NCBI GenBank assembly: GCA_964651705.1
Contig: CAZYWZ010000023.1
Coordinates: forward strand, 4,412 to 68,411
Length of the DNA stretch: 64,000 nucleotides
Reading direction: 5' to 3'
DNA from: an uncultured Verrucomicrobiales bacterium
Lineage (GTDB): Bacteria; Verrucomicrobiota; Verrucomicrobiia; JADLBR01
Every line of letters begins with the position of its first letter. Position 1 is the stretch's first letter. The notes beneath the pieces are model-generated. The model was not told the DNA's origin. It was given only the letters and a program-made list of their open reading frames with translations, and searched no databases. Position numbers and translations under genes: made by a program. This document shows, piece after piece, positions 63,940-64,000 of the stretch.

Positions 63940-63980
63940 GGCTAGGAATCTGTCGGACAAAGTCCGACAGATTCCTAGCC
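63940..63980. repeat. 41-bp perfect palindrome / hairpin (19-bp stem, 3-nt loop)
   Basis: ggctaggaatctgtcggac-aaa-gtccgacagattcctagcc. The 5-prime arm is the exact reverse complement of the 3-prime arm. AT-richer than its surroundings. Located at the window edge. Confidence 0.7.
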
Positions 63981-64000
63981 CCCGCCGTCCGCACTCTGCC

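Noticed and set aside
1-64000. CRISPR arrays, rRNA/tRNA genes, insertion-sequence transposases
   Set aside because: No short-period direct repeat arrays with unique spacers were seen. No tRNA-like T-arm/anticodon-stem patterns or rRNA signatures stood out. No ORF has transposase (DDE/HTH) signatures. The only mobile-type remnants are the nucleotidyltransferase pseudogene and the repeat elements reported above.

Overview
High-GC (roughly 65-68% by eye) bacterial chromosomal segment. Its content (PEP-CTERM protein, DUF1501 + DUF1549/DUF1553 pair, extreme sulfatase expansion) suggests a member of the Planctomycetes-Verrucomicrobia (PVC) group; the taxon is an inference. 

Layout:
- The left 5.2 kb is a conserved housekeeping block on the minus strand: partial waaA, xerC-like tyrosine recombinase, topA, dprA.
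- From 5.3 kb to about 50 kb the window is dominated by 20 formylglycine-type (Cys-type, C-x-P-x-R) sulfatase paralogs. Fifteen of them form one almost uninterrupted array from 19.2 to 43.5 kb, followed by a sulfatase C-terminal relic.
- A 19-kb co-directional minus-strand block (44.1-63.3 kb) encodes a GH85-like endo-beta-N-acetylglucosaminidase multidomain protein, a DUF1549/DUF1553 protein carrying a roughly 1000-aa Ala/Lys/Glu/Gln coiled-coil repeat array, a DUF1501 protein, a PPC-domain protein, a DUF1080 protein, two sulfatases and a PEP-CTERM repeat protein.
- Other genes: an AraC-PAS regulator, a URO-D-family protein, a Tat-exported Gfo/Idh/MocA oxidoreductase, and a low-GC (about 52-55%) island (about 12.6-16.4 kb) with an esterase and a beta-helix protein flanked by 27-bp direct repeats.

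Unusual signals:
- Two sulfatase-HEAT fusions and one sulfatase-glycosidase-like fusion.
- Lysine-rich C-terminal tails on 7 sulfatases, and 3 paralogs with a broken C-x-P-x-R motif.
- A roughly 175-nt structured repeat present twice (25.35 kb and 63.68 kb) with a conserved 17-bp long-range stem.
- An 18-bp perfect palindrome that recurs twice, and a 41-bp perfect palindrome at the window end.
- A nucleotidyltransferase pseudogene.

No CRISPR array, rRNA or tRNA was recognised. Most long antisense ORFs in the six-frame track are high-GC artefacts. Gene starts are uncertain by a few codons in places, because high GC extends ORFs upstream.
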